Position numbers and translations under genes: made by a program
Shown: positions 1-9,818 of the stretch, piece after piece
Layout of the letters: the number at the start of each line of letters is the position of its first letter
Numbering within the stretch: the first letter of the stretch is position 1
Assembly (NCBI GenBank): GCA_039698055.1
Contig: JBDKTL010000021.1
Location: 32,001-96,000 of the forward strand
DNA length: 64,000 bases
Reading direction: 5' to 3'
DNA from: Methanoregula sp.
Lineage (GTDB): Archaea > Halobacteriota > Methanomicrobia > Methanomicrobiales > Methanospirillaceae
Notes under the pieces: generated by a model
Told to the model about the DNA's origin: nothing
Databases searched by the model: none
Seen by the model: only the letters and a program-made list of their open reading frames with translations

Positions 1-306
1 GGCATTGAGAGCGTAAACAGGACCGTGGAGTCGCTCAACCGGATTATATCGGAAGCAAACGTTGTGTCGCTGGGGGTTACCGAGATCACAAAAGCTTCCG
101 AGGATCAGGCACAGGCAACTACCCACCTGATGTCCGGTATGGAGTCAGTCACATCCTTAACGCATGACAACCAACAGCGGATGGAGGATATGGCGGCACT
201 TGCACAAGAGACGAGCGCGTCAACCGAAGAGATCGCAAGCGCAGCACAGGAACTTTCCAAGATGGCCGAGCACAGCCGCAAGATGCTGGAAGATTTCCAT
301 ATCTAA
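1..306 (+). CDS. Methyl-accepting chemotaxis protein, C-terminal part (5' end outside window)
   Basis: Frame is open from base 1. MCP signalling-domain heptads (ITKASEDQAQAT, AQETSASTEEIASAAQELSKMAE). Directly upstream of cheR. Confidence 0.85.
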   Translation, partial: GIESVNRTVESLNRIISEANVVSLGVTEITKASEDQAQATTHLMSGMESVTSLTHDNQQRMEDMAALAQETSASTEEIASAAQELSKMAEHSRKMLEDFHI

Positions 307-401
307 CGTGATATGCAGGGGATGTGCGGCTTGTCCCTTCGCGTGGATGAATAAATCATCCAATAACAATTTTGCCGGCCCCCAACTGGAGTTTCCCTGA
401 A

Positions 402-1196
402 ATGGATGAATTTTCTATCCTGAAACGATATATCGAGCAGACCCTGAAAATACAGTGCTCCAATTACAAGGAGGATTATATCAAGAGGCGCCTGCTCTCC
501 CGTATGCGTTCAACGAATACGACAACCTATGACGAATACCTGCGGTACGTGAAGACACATGAAAAAGAACTTGAACTTCTCAGGAACGCGCTGACGATCA
601 ACGTGACCGAGTTTTTCCGGGACATTGAAGTATATGAGATTTTAAAAAAGGAAGTGCTGCCGGACCTGTTCAGCAAAAGAAAGAAAATCCGGATCTGGTG
701 CGCCGGGTGTTCGACCGGAGAAGAACCGTATTCCCTTGCGATGATCCTTTCGGATATGATGGCTACGAACAAGGAGTTGTCTGCCCAGATCTATGCAACC
801 GATATCGATGAGGTGGTACTCGGGAAGGCAAAAGAGGGGATCTATCCATTAAAAGCGATGGCAAAACTCAGCGAGTCGCAGATCCACCGGCATTTCATTC
901 TCCTGCCGGACGGCAATTACCAGATCAAACCCCACTTGAAAGAATTGATCCGGTTCCGGCCCCATGATCTCATGAGCGGCGTTCCGGTAGCCCGGTTTCT
1001 TGACCTGCTCACCTGCCGGAACGTGACAATTTATTTCACCGAACATCAGAAGGACGAACTCGCCCGCATGTTCCATTCCGCCCTTGGTGCCGATGGGTAT
1101 TACGTGATGGGGAAAACCGAGTACCTGGGGAGATTAGTGGAAGGTCTGTTTACGCCGTATAATTCACTCCAGAAGATCTACACCCGCAAAGGATAA
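402..1196 (+). CDS. cheR: Chemotaxis protein-glutamate methyltransferase CheR
   Basis: Motifs TINVTEFFRD, RIWCAGCSTGEEPYS, ATDID, CRNVTIYF. ATG at 402 preferred over the upstream TTG. Confidence 0.93.
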   Translation: MDEFSILKRYIEQTLKIQCSNYKEDYIKRRLLSRMRSTNTTTYDEYLRYVKTHEKELELLRNALTINVTEFFRDIEVYEILKKEVLPDLFSKRKKIRIWCAGCSTGEEPYSLAMILSDMMATNKELSAQIYATDIDEVVLGKAKEGIYPLKAMAKLSESQIHRHFILLPDGNYQIKPHLKELIRFRPHDLMSGVPVARFLDLLTCRNVTIYFTEHQKDELARMFHSALGADGYYVMGKTEYLGRLVEGLFTPYNSLQKIYTRKG

Positions 1197-1197
1197 A

Positions 1198-1229
1198 CCA
1201 AAAGCCGGGGGTGAGCACCCCGGCTTTGG
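1198..1229. terminator. GC-rich hairpin immediately after cheR stop (possible terminator or part of a structured RNA)
   Basis: CCAAAAGCCGGGGGT-GAGC-ACCCCGGCTTTGG inverted repeat with two single-base bulges. Confidence 0.45.
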
Positions 1230-1448
1230 GACTTCCGGGCTCCCGGTGGGGGGAGGGGGAGTCCATAATGGGGAAGCGGTTTGGGGAAACGGAATGGTTC
1301 CTCCATTATTGTGGAACTCCTCAACCTCAAAAAAAAGATTCACCATTGATTGCGTATTATTTAAAAAAAATGATTTGCGTGAAAAAATTCCCTTGTTTTG
1401 GGTTAATAAATTCAGTATTTCCCGAACAGGCCATTGGGTTACGCATGG

Positions 1449-1718
1449 TTAATTGTGTTTCTTGCGATCATCTACAGCAACAGATTTGCCACTGATATTT
1501 TTTGTGAGTTCCCTTTGCAGCGCTTTGCGCGATGCATGTTTTTTTATTTCGTTATAGACCGTGACAAAATTAACACCGATGACGACAATGACCAGCATCA
1601 GGCTCACCCAGAGCATCGCACCCTGAGCTGAGAGAAATGCGGCCCAGAGAAGGACAACAAATGAGATCAGGTAAAAAACAATCCAGGTCCGGAGTCCGGG
1701 TAATTCCATATCCTTCAT
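1449..1718 (-). CDS. Small two-TM membrane protein, hypothetical
   Basis: From MKDMELPG: two hydrophobic helices followed by a basic tail. The upstream part of the 184-aa ORF looks non-coding. Confidence 0.6.
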   Translation of the reverse strand: MKDMELPGLRTWIVFYLISFVVLLWAAFLSAQGAMLWVSLMLVIVVIGVNFVTVYNEIKKHASRKALQRELTKNISGKSVAVDDRKKHN

Positions 1719-2163
1719 TATTAGTGATGCGAATAAAAAAGGTGTTCGGGTGGATTCATTTAAAAAGAGGGGGCACTCCAAAGGTCCCTGATAATCTCCT
1801 GACGACCGCACGAACAGGGGTAGAAAAGGAGAAAACTGTGGGGAGAAAAACAAGATTTTTCTTCTTTTAAGCGAAGGGATGGAGAGGATTCCCCACGAGG
1901 ATAAAATACGAGGTCGATGGTAACGGCGCTGATAATGAGAATTCCACATCCCCGGTCCGGCTGCTGGTGACAGCAGTCTGGAATTATTGCTGGTGAAACG
2001 CATTCCAGAATTGATAACCCGGTCAAAAATTGTGGTAAAATCTTGAACTTACCGGCAACCGGAAAAAATATCTACCCTACTCCTGCTGTTATTTACCACA
2101 TGCCATCGCAGATGCCGGGCAAAAACGCCACGATTTTTATACGCTCCAGAACCAGTAGTATGT

Positions 2164-2817
2164 GTGGAAAAAGGAGATATCTACACGCTCATTGGCGGAT
2201 TTCTTATCGTCATAATTATTGCGATTGTTGCAAGACCCGGAGGTTTTTCATCACTCCTGCCGTCACCTATACCTGTAGCACCTGTGGTAAATCCAGCAAC
2301 ACAACCTGTCTTGACCACACCCTTCCCGGTCACTGCGCCAGATACAACGCAGGTTATCAGTACACCATTAATACGACCTGATGACCCGCCCTACCGTATT
2401 TTTTATACGAGCACCCCGTTTGCCTATCCGGTTGTCCTGCTGCCGGACAATATGGAATCCTTTGGTGCATCGGATATCCCGTGGAGAGGCGAGAAACTGG
2501 TAACGTTTGCATTCATCGAAGAGTCCCGGGGGGGATTGACCCAGAAATTTTCTGTTCCCTACAGTACCTGGATGATGAATATCACGGTTGTTGCCGACAA
2601 GCAGCCCCAGTATGGCCGGTTCCGGATGGTACTCTGCGACGCAAAGACCGGCGCTATCTTTGAAGGCGCGGAGATCCTCAATTACGGAACGATGTATAAG
2701 AAGATCCGGGTTTCTGACACAGAGATATACCTAATAATTAGTACAGCATCGATTGACAAGTTCCGGATTGAATTCGAAACGCCCCGGACCATCTATGATG
2801 CAGAACGCCTGAAATAG
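2164..2817 (+). CDS. Membrane-anchored hypothetical protein with Pro/Thr-rich linker
   Basis: N-terminal TM helix, then a P/T-rich spacer and a globular C-terminal domain. GTG start. Confidence 0.75.
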   Translation: MEKGDIYTLIGGFLIVIIIAIVARPGGFSSLLPSPIPVAPVVNPATQPVLTTPFPVTAPDTTQVISTPLIRPDDPPYRIFYTSTPFAYPVVLLPDNMESFGASDIPWRGEKLVTFAFIEESRGGLTQKFSVPYSTWMMNITVVADKQPQYGRFRMVLCDAKTGAIFEGAEILNYGTMYKKIRVSDTEIYLIISTASIDKFRIEFETPRTIYDAERLK

Positions 2818-2887
2818 TACAATCGGGGAATAAAAAATACTGCGATGAAACCAGATCAAAACGATTCCTGACCCGGAACAATCTGTA

Positions 2888-3076
2888 TTACAATTTTTCT
2901 ACAGTTACCCGCACACGATCGCCGGCTTTAAGACCGTGCCCTTTTGGGATATCGATATTAAACCAGAGAACATTTGGATTTTCCTGGGGTGGATCCTGCG
3001 ACATCAGACAATCTTTTGCGTCATTGATGTCGGCAACAAATTCTATCCCGGATTCAAATTCAAGAATTTTAGCCAT
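2888..3076 (-). CDS. Small hypothetical protein (62 aa)
   Basis: MAKILEFESG...LKAGDRVRVTVEKL. Protein-like composition, just downstream of the 3105-3356 gene. Confidence 0.6.
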   Translation of the reverse strand: MAKILEFESGIEFVADINDAKDCLMSQDPPQENPNVLWFNIDIPKGHGLKAGDRVRVTVEKL

Positions 3077-3104
3077 AATTAAAGGAAGCGTGGATGATAA
3101 AAGA

Positions 3105-3356
3105 TTATATGGCCCGGCTTGTGACCATCCACGTTGTGCTGTTCGAATAACTCCACCTGATGATATCAAGATCCTTGCAGATCTCCGCAAGAATTGCCAT
3201 GTTGGTTCCCACTTCCTTAGGGGATAACCCGAGATCCTTTGCAATATACTTTGACTTAAAGTAGTGTTTGCCGGTGGTTATCCCGGAATGGAGGTAATGA
3301 ACAATCTTGTGCTGGGTTTCGTTGTACTTTTCCCGAATTCTTTTTGTTGTTGACAT
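3105..3356 (-). CDS. Small conserved archaeal winged-helix-like protein (DUF7123-like)
   Basis: YFKSKYIAKDLGLSPKEVG HTH-like segment and SNSTTW end. Upstream GAGG RBS and TTTAAATA TATA box. Confidence 0.7.
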   Translation of the reverse strand: MSTTKRIREKYNETQHKIVHYLHSGITTGKHYFKSKYIAKDLGLSPKEVGTNMAILAEICKDLDIIRWSYSNSTTWMVTSRAI

Positions 3357-3581
3357 ATCTTTCCTCAGCATTAAAAACTCATATAGATCAACTTATATTT
3401 AAACATATCCAATTCCCCTGTCAAAATTACGGGCATTTTTTTTACTGCAACAGCCAGAATTTGACCAGAAGATATTTAATGCGGACATATTTCGAGGTAT
3501 TTTTTTCCGGTCGATTTCTGAACTTTTTACAGGTTTTGAAGGAAGATTCAGAGGTTTTATTAAAAACCAGGCAACAGGTTC

Positions 3582-5423
3582 TTATTTCTGGATCTGTGCT
3601 TCTGCGATCTTTTTGATCAGTGCTTCAAGTACGACATCGCGCATGCCTTCCACGAATTTGATGCTGCCGACAACAAGGTGCCCTCCACCGGATATACCGC
3701 CGCCGGGAAGTTCGTTGTGCAGGTCCCTGACCATTCGCGGTATGTTCATGAGGACACCCCGTGACCGCAGGACAGCAAAATCCGGACCAAAGCCGATCGT
3801 GACAACTGGTTCTCCCGCATGCTGTTTGCAGAGCCGGTCATGCACTTCTCCTGAGGTTTTTCCGGGTGGCGGGAACGTGAACTTATGGGCATGAATCTCT
3901 ACATCCAACAGGAACAGGTGGGCGCCGTTTTCCAGCTTTCGGGGAACAACATGGGGCATGCTTGCACTCATCTGGTCCTCGATCATTGTATTTGCACCCT
4001 CGACAAGAAGGTTCACGAGTTTTTTGTGGCGTTCGGTATTTCCCAGCAGGTTCAAGATATCCTTGACAATTTCCCTGCCGTCATTGAACCGGAGCCAGAA
4101 CTGTTCATAATCCAGTGCAAGCGCGATGTCCTTGCAGGCATCCTCGGAATACTGGTCCTGTACCAGTGCAAGATAGAGTGCACGTTCGGGCGCCTCGCTG
4201 CGATCACCGACAGCGGCAATAGCCGGCAGGTGCTTGATTAACTGTTCGACATGGGGGTTGATCAGCCGGGCAACTTCCGTGCCGAGCATCCCAGCCGTGA
4301 TGCCAAAGTCCCCACCCACGTGGTATGGGTTTACATGGCCGATCAGGTACTTGTCGATCGTTGCATCCGGGTGGTGGTGATCGATCACAAGGAACGGGAG
4401 ATCATAGACGCTTGCGATCTTGTATGCCGCTTCGTCCTCTTCAGTTGACCCGTTGTCGGTGAGAATGACAAGCGGCATCTTCTGGCCATATCGTGCATGG
4501 TCCTTGAGCGAAAAGTCAAGGTCCCGGGTGATATCCTCAATCTCGTAGAACGGCGCCTTTGAAGGGGCACGTTTAAAGAGGAAATAATCTGCATCGTAAT
4601 CGCCCCCGCTCTCCTTGATGAGCGAAACCACAGCCTGCTCGATAGCGACCGCGGAACAGATACCGTCGGCGTCCGCATGGTGGCGGAGGATAATGGGCTG
4701 GGCGGTAAAGACCGCCTTTCTGATGATCTTTGCGACTTTGCGCATCTCCGGCATCAGGAGGTCCATGACTTCGCTTTTCACCAGCGGCTGGATATTCTCC
4801 GGCTCGGCACGGGCCTCAAGTGCCTTTTCAATCCGGTTCCGGACGGTTGCCTCCTCGTCCCCGGACAAGGCAGAGAGTGCATCAGCCTCAATCTGGAGTT
4901 GGTTGTTGCGGAGCATCACCTCGCCAATGACCCGGACGATGCTATTGAGTTCTACTTCCGGAAATGCCCGGACACCGGCTTCCACGAATGCGGCGACATT
5001 CTGGGAACCCGTCTCGTCAACGATGGTAAAGATGGTAGGTCCGCTGGTCTGCTTGATCTGGGCAACTTCACCCTCAATGGCGACGGTCTTTCCGACTTTC
5101 CCGGAAAGATCGCCGATCCGTGCCGTGCTTGACGTGCGCTCCACGTTCTGCACCTGGTAGACCTGGATCTGAAGTTCCTCTAAGTCGATATTCCCGTTCG
5201 GCCGGATCTGGCGGACACGGACAAGAACATTGTCTTTTTCCTTGTGTTCGGACTTCATGTTGCTTTTATGGACAAGCCCCTTGATCCGGTCATTTAACTG
5301 GACAAACATGCCAAAAGTTGCAAATCCCTGCACCTTCCCGGAGTATATGCTGCCCTCCTGTACGTCGGACAGGTCGCAGCCTGCGGCCAGCCGATAAACG
5401 ATTATATCAGTATCTTGTTCCAT
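3582..5423 (-). CDS. Archaeal RecJ-like DHH phosphoesterase with S1 and OB-fold domains
   Basis: S1 domain (FGMFVQL...GLVH), OB fold (QTSGPTIF), HHADADG, DNGS, IDHH and GGGH DHHA1 motifs. Confidence 0.85.
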   Translation of the reverse strand: MEQDTDIIVYRLAAGCDLSDVQEGSIYSGKVQGFATFGMFVQLNDRIKGLVHKSNMKSEHKEKDNVLVRVRQIRPNGNIDLEELQIQVYQVQNVERTSSTARIGDLSGKVGKTVAIEGEVAQIKQTSGPTIFTIVDETGSQNVAAFVEAGVRAFPEVELNSIVRVIGEVMLRNNQLQIEADALSALSGDEEATVRNRIEKALEARAEPENIQPLVKSEVMDLLMPEMRKVAKIIRKAVFTAQPIILRHHADADGICSAVAIEQAVVSLIKESGGDYDADYFLFKRAPSKAPFYEIEDITRDLDFSLKDHARYGQKMPLVILTDNGSTEEDEAAYKIASVYDLPFLVIDHHHPDATIDKYLIGHVNPYHVGGDFGITAGMLGTEVARLINPHVEQLIKHLPAIAAVGDRSEAPERALYLALVQDQYSEDACKDIALALDYEQFWLRFNDGREIVKDILNLLGNTERHKKLVNLLVEGANTMIEDQMSASMPHVVPRKLENGAHLFLLDVEIHAHKFTFPPPGKTSGEVHDRLCKQHAGEPVVTIGFGPDFAVLRSRGVLMNIPRMVRDLHNELPGGGISGGGHLVVGSIKFVEGMRDVVLEALIKKIAEAQIQK

Positions 5424-5717
5424 TTTTTTTCACGCTCTCAACACACAGCGAAGCGATATTGTCTGCACAAAACGGCATGGGGTTTTTTTTAAGTGCATAA
5501 CGAGACGAAGCTGAGTACACTGTACTTGTTGCCTTGAAGTTTTAATGTGTTGGCTTGAGGCGAAAATGGGGAAAGACCGGGGAGATTTCAGATGAGGTTT
5601 GATGTCCCTGAACGGTTAGTTACGATGAGTTCTCCCGCATCATCCTGACACATTCGCCGCCGATTAAATAAACTCAAATAAACTCGGTTCCAACATTAAC
5701 CTGCACGGTGATGTTTT

Positions 5718-6446
5718 ATCAGAATAAACTTCGGGGGTTTTGTCCCGCTTTCAACGGTTGACTGGCGCGGCAGATCGGTATGCACCGTTTTTTTTAGGGG
5801 TTGCCCGGTCCGGTGTGCATACTGCCAGAACTTCTCGATCCTCTCCGGAGAAGATCTGCGCGAAACCGCTGAGGTCGTTGAGATGATCAAAGGCTCGCTG
5901 CTTGCCATCAGCGGCGTTATTTTTTCTGGCGGCGAGCCCACGATGCAGAAGGAGGCGCTGCTCGAACTTGCACAGGCTGCAAAAAAACTGGGCCTTGCAA
6001 CCGGTGTCCAGACAAACGGCGTATTCCCGGACACCCTGGACGCACTCATAAAAGCACAGGCAATAGACCGGGTAGCTCTCGATATCAAGGCGCGCTGGGC
6101 GCGGTATAATAACCTTCTCGGGGGAAATTATGTAACACGGGTTCAGCGGTCGCTCGATCTCTGCCGGGAAGCGCATGCAAGCGGAGCCCTCAATGAATTT
6201 CAGGTCGTCATCACCCTGTTCCGGGGTTATGATGACGAAGTGCCCCTGATCGCAGAGGAAGCCGGCGATGTCGATCTTGTCCTGCAGCAGGGCGTAACCG
6301 GGAGTGTCCCGCCGCTGACAGAACAAGAGATGAAAGAAATTGCGGACGAGCTCTCCCGCAGCGTGCTCATCCGTACCCGTGAGGGAGGTGAAATTGTCTA
6401 TGAAAGTGATCGGAGTCGTCGGACTTCCCGCAAGCGGGAAGGGTGA
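5718..6446 (+). CDS. Anaerobic ribonucleotide reductase activating protein-like radical SAM enzyme
   Basis: The frame extends upstream of the ORF-track start to RINFGGFVPLSTVDW...RGCPVRCAYCQN (CxxxCxxC), then SGGEPT. No ATG/GTG/TTG lies upstream of the Cys motif; the start is apparently ATC at 5718 after a GGTGA RBS. Confidence 0.8.
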   Translation: MRINFGGFVPLSTVDWRGRSVCTVFFRGCPVRCAYCQNFSILSGEDLRETAEVVEMIKGSLLAISGVIFSGGEPTMQKEALLELAQAAKKLGLATGVQTNGVFPDTLDALIKAQAIDRVALDIKARWARYNNLLGGNYVTRVQRSLDLCREAHASGALNEFQVVITLFRGYDDEVPLIAEEAGDVDLVLQQGVTGSVPPLTEQEMKEIADELSRSVLIRTREGGEIVYESDRSRRTSRKREG

Positions 6447-6948
6447 ATTTTCAAATATTGCAGCTGCCATGGGCATCCCGGTCATTGTCATGGGCGACGT
6501 GATCCGCGAAGCAGTGCGGCAGGCAGGTCTCCTGCCAACGGATGCAAATATGGGCATGACCGCAAACCGGCTCCGTGCCGAAGGTGGCATGGCAGCGATT
6601 GCCCGGCTCTGCATCCCGGTCATCGAACGCCAGCAGGCACCGCTTGTCCTTGTCGATGGCATCCGTGGCGATGCGGAAGTGCAGGTATTCCGGGAGCATT
6701 TTTCGGATTTTGTACTGGTCGGGATTTCATCCGATTTTGAAAACCGGCTGAACCGGCTGGGCACCCGGGGACGTTCTGATGACAAGGGGTCACCGGAAGC
6801 CCTGCGGTGCCGTGACGAGCGGGAGCTTGGCTGGGGACTTGGCAATGCCCTGAAGATCGCGGATATCTCTATCGCGAATAATGGTAATCTCGCGGACTAT
6901 GCCTCCCGGGTTCGGGCACTCATCGATGAGTTGAGGCTGAAAAAATGA
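6400..6948 (+). CDS. UPF0200 / CoaE-like P-loop kinase
   Basis: MKVIGVVGLPASGKGE Walker A, plus MGDVIR, VDGIRG, RGRSDD and RDERELGWG motifs. Confidence 0.8.
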   Translation: MKVIGVVGLPASGKGEFSNIAAAMGIPVIVMGDVIREAVRQAGLLPTDANMGMTANRLRAEGGMAAIARLCIPVIERQQAPLVLVDGIRGDAEVQVFREHFSDFVLVGISSDFENRLNRLGTRGRSDDKGSPEALRCRDERELGWGLGNALKIADISIANNGNLADYASRVRALIDELRLKK

Positions 6949-7718
6949 CCCTGCTCCCGTACTTCTCGTCCTCGGCAAAAGTGTGGGATGATATCCAGTG
7001 GGTCTACAGCATCGAAGAGGCCGGGTATACGGGATGGGAGATTGTCGCAGATGGCAATTACCGGCTCGATAATCCTGCCCAGTACAGAGCAATCGAGGAA
7101 GTGATTGCGAGCACGCATCTTGGCGTTTCCGTGCATGCACCTTATGGCGACCTGAACCTTGCGACACCAAACGACCCGATCTGGCAGGAATCTGTCCGGC
7201 AGATCTGTGCTTGCATCGTGCAGGCTTCAAATCTTACCGACCGGGTGACAATCCACCCGGGATACCTTTCTCCTGCCGGCAAACTGATGCCACAGAAAGC
7301 CTGGGATCTCCAGAAAGAGGCGCTGCGCCGGATCGGGAAATGTGCCGTGGAGCACTCGGTTCTTGCCTGCCTTGAAAATATGATCAGCGTTAAGGAATTC
7401 CTCTGCCGGGATTTTGGCGAGTTATCGGGTATGGTTGGCGGTATTGAGGGTATTGGCATGACGTTTGATTTCGGGCATGCACATACGGTCGGCAAAGTTT
7501 TGGAATTCCAGCAAAACTGTGCGCAGGCAAGCCATATCCATATCCACGACAACCATGGCATGTCGGATGAACATCTCGCGCTTGGTGACGGAACGATCGC
7601 ATGGAAGCCATTAGGAAAAGCCATTGCATCGAATTATTCCGGCGTTGTTGTTATCGAAGGGCGTTCAATTCCCGAAGCAAAAAAGAGTCTTACCGTATTC
7701 AGGACGTGTTTTGTATGA
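6945..7718 (+). CDS. Sugar phosphate isomerase/epimerase (AP endonuclease 2 TIM barrel) family protein
   Basis: VHAPYGDLN, IHPG, LENM, FDFGHA and HIHDN...DEHL metal motifs. ATGA overlap with the upstream gene. Confidence 0.85.
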   Translation: MTLLPYFSSSAKVWDDIQWVYSIEEAGYTGWEIVADGNYRLDNPAQYRAIEEVIASTHLGVSVHAPYGDLNLATPNDPIWQESVRQICACIVQASNLTDRVTIHPGYLSPAGKLMPQKAWDLQKEALRRIGKCAVEHSVLACLENMISVKEFLCRDFGELSGMVGGIEGIGMTFDFGHAHTVGKVLEFQQNCAQASHIHIHDNHGMSDEHLALGDGTIAWKPLGKAIASNYSGVVVIEGRSIPEAKKSLTVFRTCFV

Positions 7719-8653
7719 GCGGTGAGACACTCCAGGTCTATTTTCTCGGTACGGCAGGTGCGCTTCCGACACCGGTGCGCAATCCCCCCTGCATCATGAT
7801 CCGGCGCGGCAACGATACCCTGCTCTTTGACTGCGGCGAAGGCGCACAGCAGCAGATGATGCGTGCCCGGTGCGGGTTTACGATCAATGCAATTTTCATT
7901 ACCCACTGGCATGCCGACCATTTTCTTGGCATTTTCGGGCTTGTCCAGACGATGTCGTTTAACGGGCGGACCGATCCACTCACGATATACGGGCCCCTCT
8001 GGGTGCACGAGTTTGTCGCCACGCTCCAGCAGATCAGCAAGGGCAACCTGAAGTTCTCCATCCAGTCCGTTGAATTGTCGCACGGCTCGTGGGTGAGGTT
8101 CGACGGTTACACGGTCACCAGCTTTGCCGTGAGCCACGGGATGCCGGCGCTCGGCTATTCTCTTGAAGAAGACCCCCGCCCGGGCCGGTTTGACCGCGAG
8201 CATGCGATTGAACTGGGCGTTCCCCCGGGTCCGCTGTTTGGCCGGCTCCAGCGGGGGGAGACAATCACGGTCGAGAAAGACGGTGAAACGACCACGATAA
8301 AACCGTCAGACGTGATGGGCGAAATGCGCCCGGGCAGGAAAGTCGTCTACACGGGCGATACCCGGCCGGTCATTCCGGCGCTTGAGGATTTTGCCAAAAA
8401 TGCGGATCTCCTCATCCATGATGCGACCTATGATGAATCAGAAAAAAAGCGTGCCGCAGAATTTTACCATGCCACCGCCACTCAGGCCGGTGAAGCAGCA
8501 GCGGCATCGCACGCAAAAACCCTCGTGTTAATCCATGTCAGTTCCCGTTATACCGATACGGTAAATCACATCCGCGACGCAAAGGAGACATTTTCCGGGA
8601 CGATTATTGCGCCGGATGATCGTGATATGATCGAAGTTCCCTTCCGGGATTAA
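7715..8653 (+). CDS. rnz: Ribonuclease Z
   Basis: FLGTAGALP, FDCGEG, ITHWHADH, flexible arm GVPPGP, YTGDT, HDAT and HVSSRY motifs. Confidence 0.93.
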   Translation: MSGETLQVYFLGTAGALPTPVRNPPCIMIRRGNDTLLFDCGEGAQQQMMRARCGFTINAIFITHWHADHFLGIFGLVQTMSFNGRTDPLTIYGPLWVHEFVATLQQISKGNLKFSIQSVELSHGSWVRFDGYTVTSFAVSHGMPALGYSLEEDPRPGRFDREHAIELGVPPGPLFGRLQRGETITVEKDGETTTIKPSDVMGEMRPGRKVVYTGDTRPVIPALEDFAKNADLLIHDATYDESEKKRAAEFYHATATQAGEAAAASHAKTLVLIHVSSRYTDTVNHIRDAKETFSGTIIAPDDRDMIEVPFRD

Positions 8654-8924
8654 CCAGGCGGGCAATTTTTTTATTATTATTCTTATGAAAAATTCTGTAA
8701 ATTTTGTTCCCCTTAAAAAAATGTTTATGAGTCCATAATGTCTCTCATACCTGCTAGTACGACAACTCTGCACTGCTAAAACAGGACACATGCACAAAGC
8801 CGGGAGCGAGGCATTGCCAGCGCTCGATAAAACCGTGAGAACAATTTAATCCGTGTGCGCTTTTTTTGGCGGGATTTATAAAAAAAAGTGAGCGCCTAAA
8901 AGAAGCACGCTATTTAAAAAAAAA

Positions 8925-9617
8925 TCAACTGCCAAAGAAACTACTGTTCAGGTCACCCGGATTGGAATATCCGCGCTGCTCCCAGTACCCGCGGTACGAA
9001 GGGTCATCAGAAAGTTCGATCTTTTCGATCCACTTGATCCATTTGTACCCCCACTTATCTTCAGCAACGAGCGTGAACGGATAGCCGCGTTCTACCGGCA
9101 TGGTAACATTGTTCATCCGGTATGCCATGAGAATATCGTGCTGGGTAAAGTATGCAAGCGGAAACGACGTGGTGTACCCGTCGTGCGCAGTAAAGATCAC
9201 AGTATTGGCACGGGGATCGGGGCCGGCTGCTGCAATAAGATCCCGGATACGGACGCCTTCCCAGAGGATGGTTGCGTCCCAGCCCTCGACGCAGTGGAGG
9301 GTGACCACTTTTGAATAATGAGGGTACGTTCCAAGGATTTCATCGTACGTGGAGACAACCGTCCGGTTCGTCAGGCCGGTAATGGTCAGGCGGTAATCCG
9401 CGATATTGATATGCTGGGGCCCGGCAATGGAATTTTCCCGGAAATCGTTCACTGACGAAAGATCCTCCCCGTTATAAGACCGGACCTCAACAGCGGCAAG
9501 AGGTGTCGTGCCCACGCCGGTCCCAAAATCAGCTGTCGATGGCCGGAGTACCAGTATTCCGGCGATCACAACGATAAGGCAAATGCAGAGTCCCAAAAGG
9601 ATTGCACGTTTGTCCAT
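8925..9617 (-). CDS. Membrane-anchored molybdopterin-dependent oxidoreductase (sulfite oxidase/MsrP-like catalytic domain)
   Basis: LHCVEGW Mo-ligand motif, WEGV, GYTTS, RGYPF, WGYKWIKWI, GYWEQRGY. N-terminal hydrophobic helix. Confidence 0.85.
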   Translation of the reverse strand: MDKRAILLGLCICLIVVIAGILVLRPSTADFGTGVGTTPLAAVEVRSYNGEDLSSVNDFRENSIAGPQHINIADYRLTITGLTNRTVVSTYDEILGTYPHYSKVVTLHCVEGWDATILWEGVRIRDLIAAAGPDPRANTVIFTAHDGYTTSFPLAYFTQHDILMAYRMNNVTMPVERGYPFTLVAEDKWGYKWIKWIEKIELSDDPSYRGYWEQRGYSNPGDLNSSFFGS

Positions 9618-9818
9618 GAAGCATCATGGACACGGGGGCACATCAAGCCTTGGATCCGGGCAGGATGCTGGTTTTAGCTATGTGGGGGCATTGATGGTGC
9701 AGGAGATGTGCGGCGAAAAATAATATAAAAATTTGCCGGGTCCGGCAGGAACCCGATTGCCATAGTCGCAACCTCCATAATCTCCGGCACCCAAGTCCTG
9801 CATAGGGAAGGTATCCTG

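Noticed and set aside
5424-5700. Frameshifted DnaJ-type zinc finger for the RecJ-like gene
   Set aside because: No CxxCxGxG repeats found upstream; the protein appears simply to lack that domain.
5751-6845. Long antisense ORFs (also 16499-17398, 46891-47931, 52127-53053, 59520-60260 and similar)
   Set aside because: Shadow frames opposite well-supported genes, with no motifs of their own.
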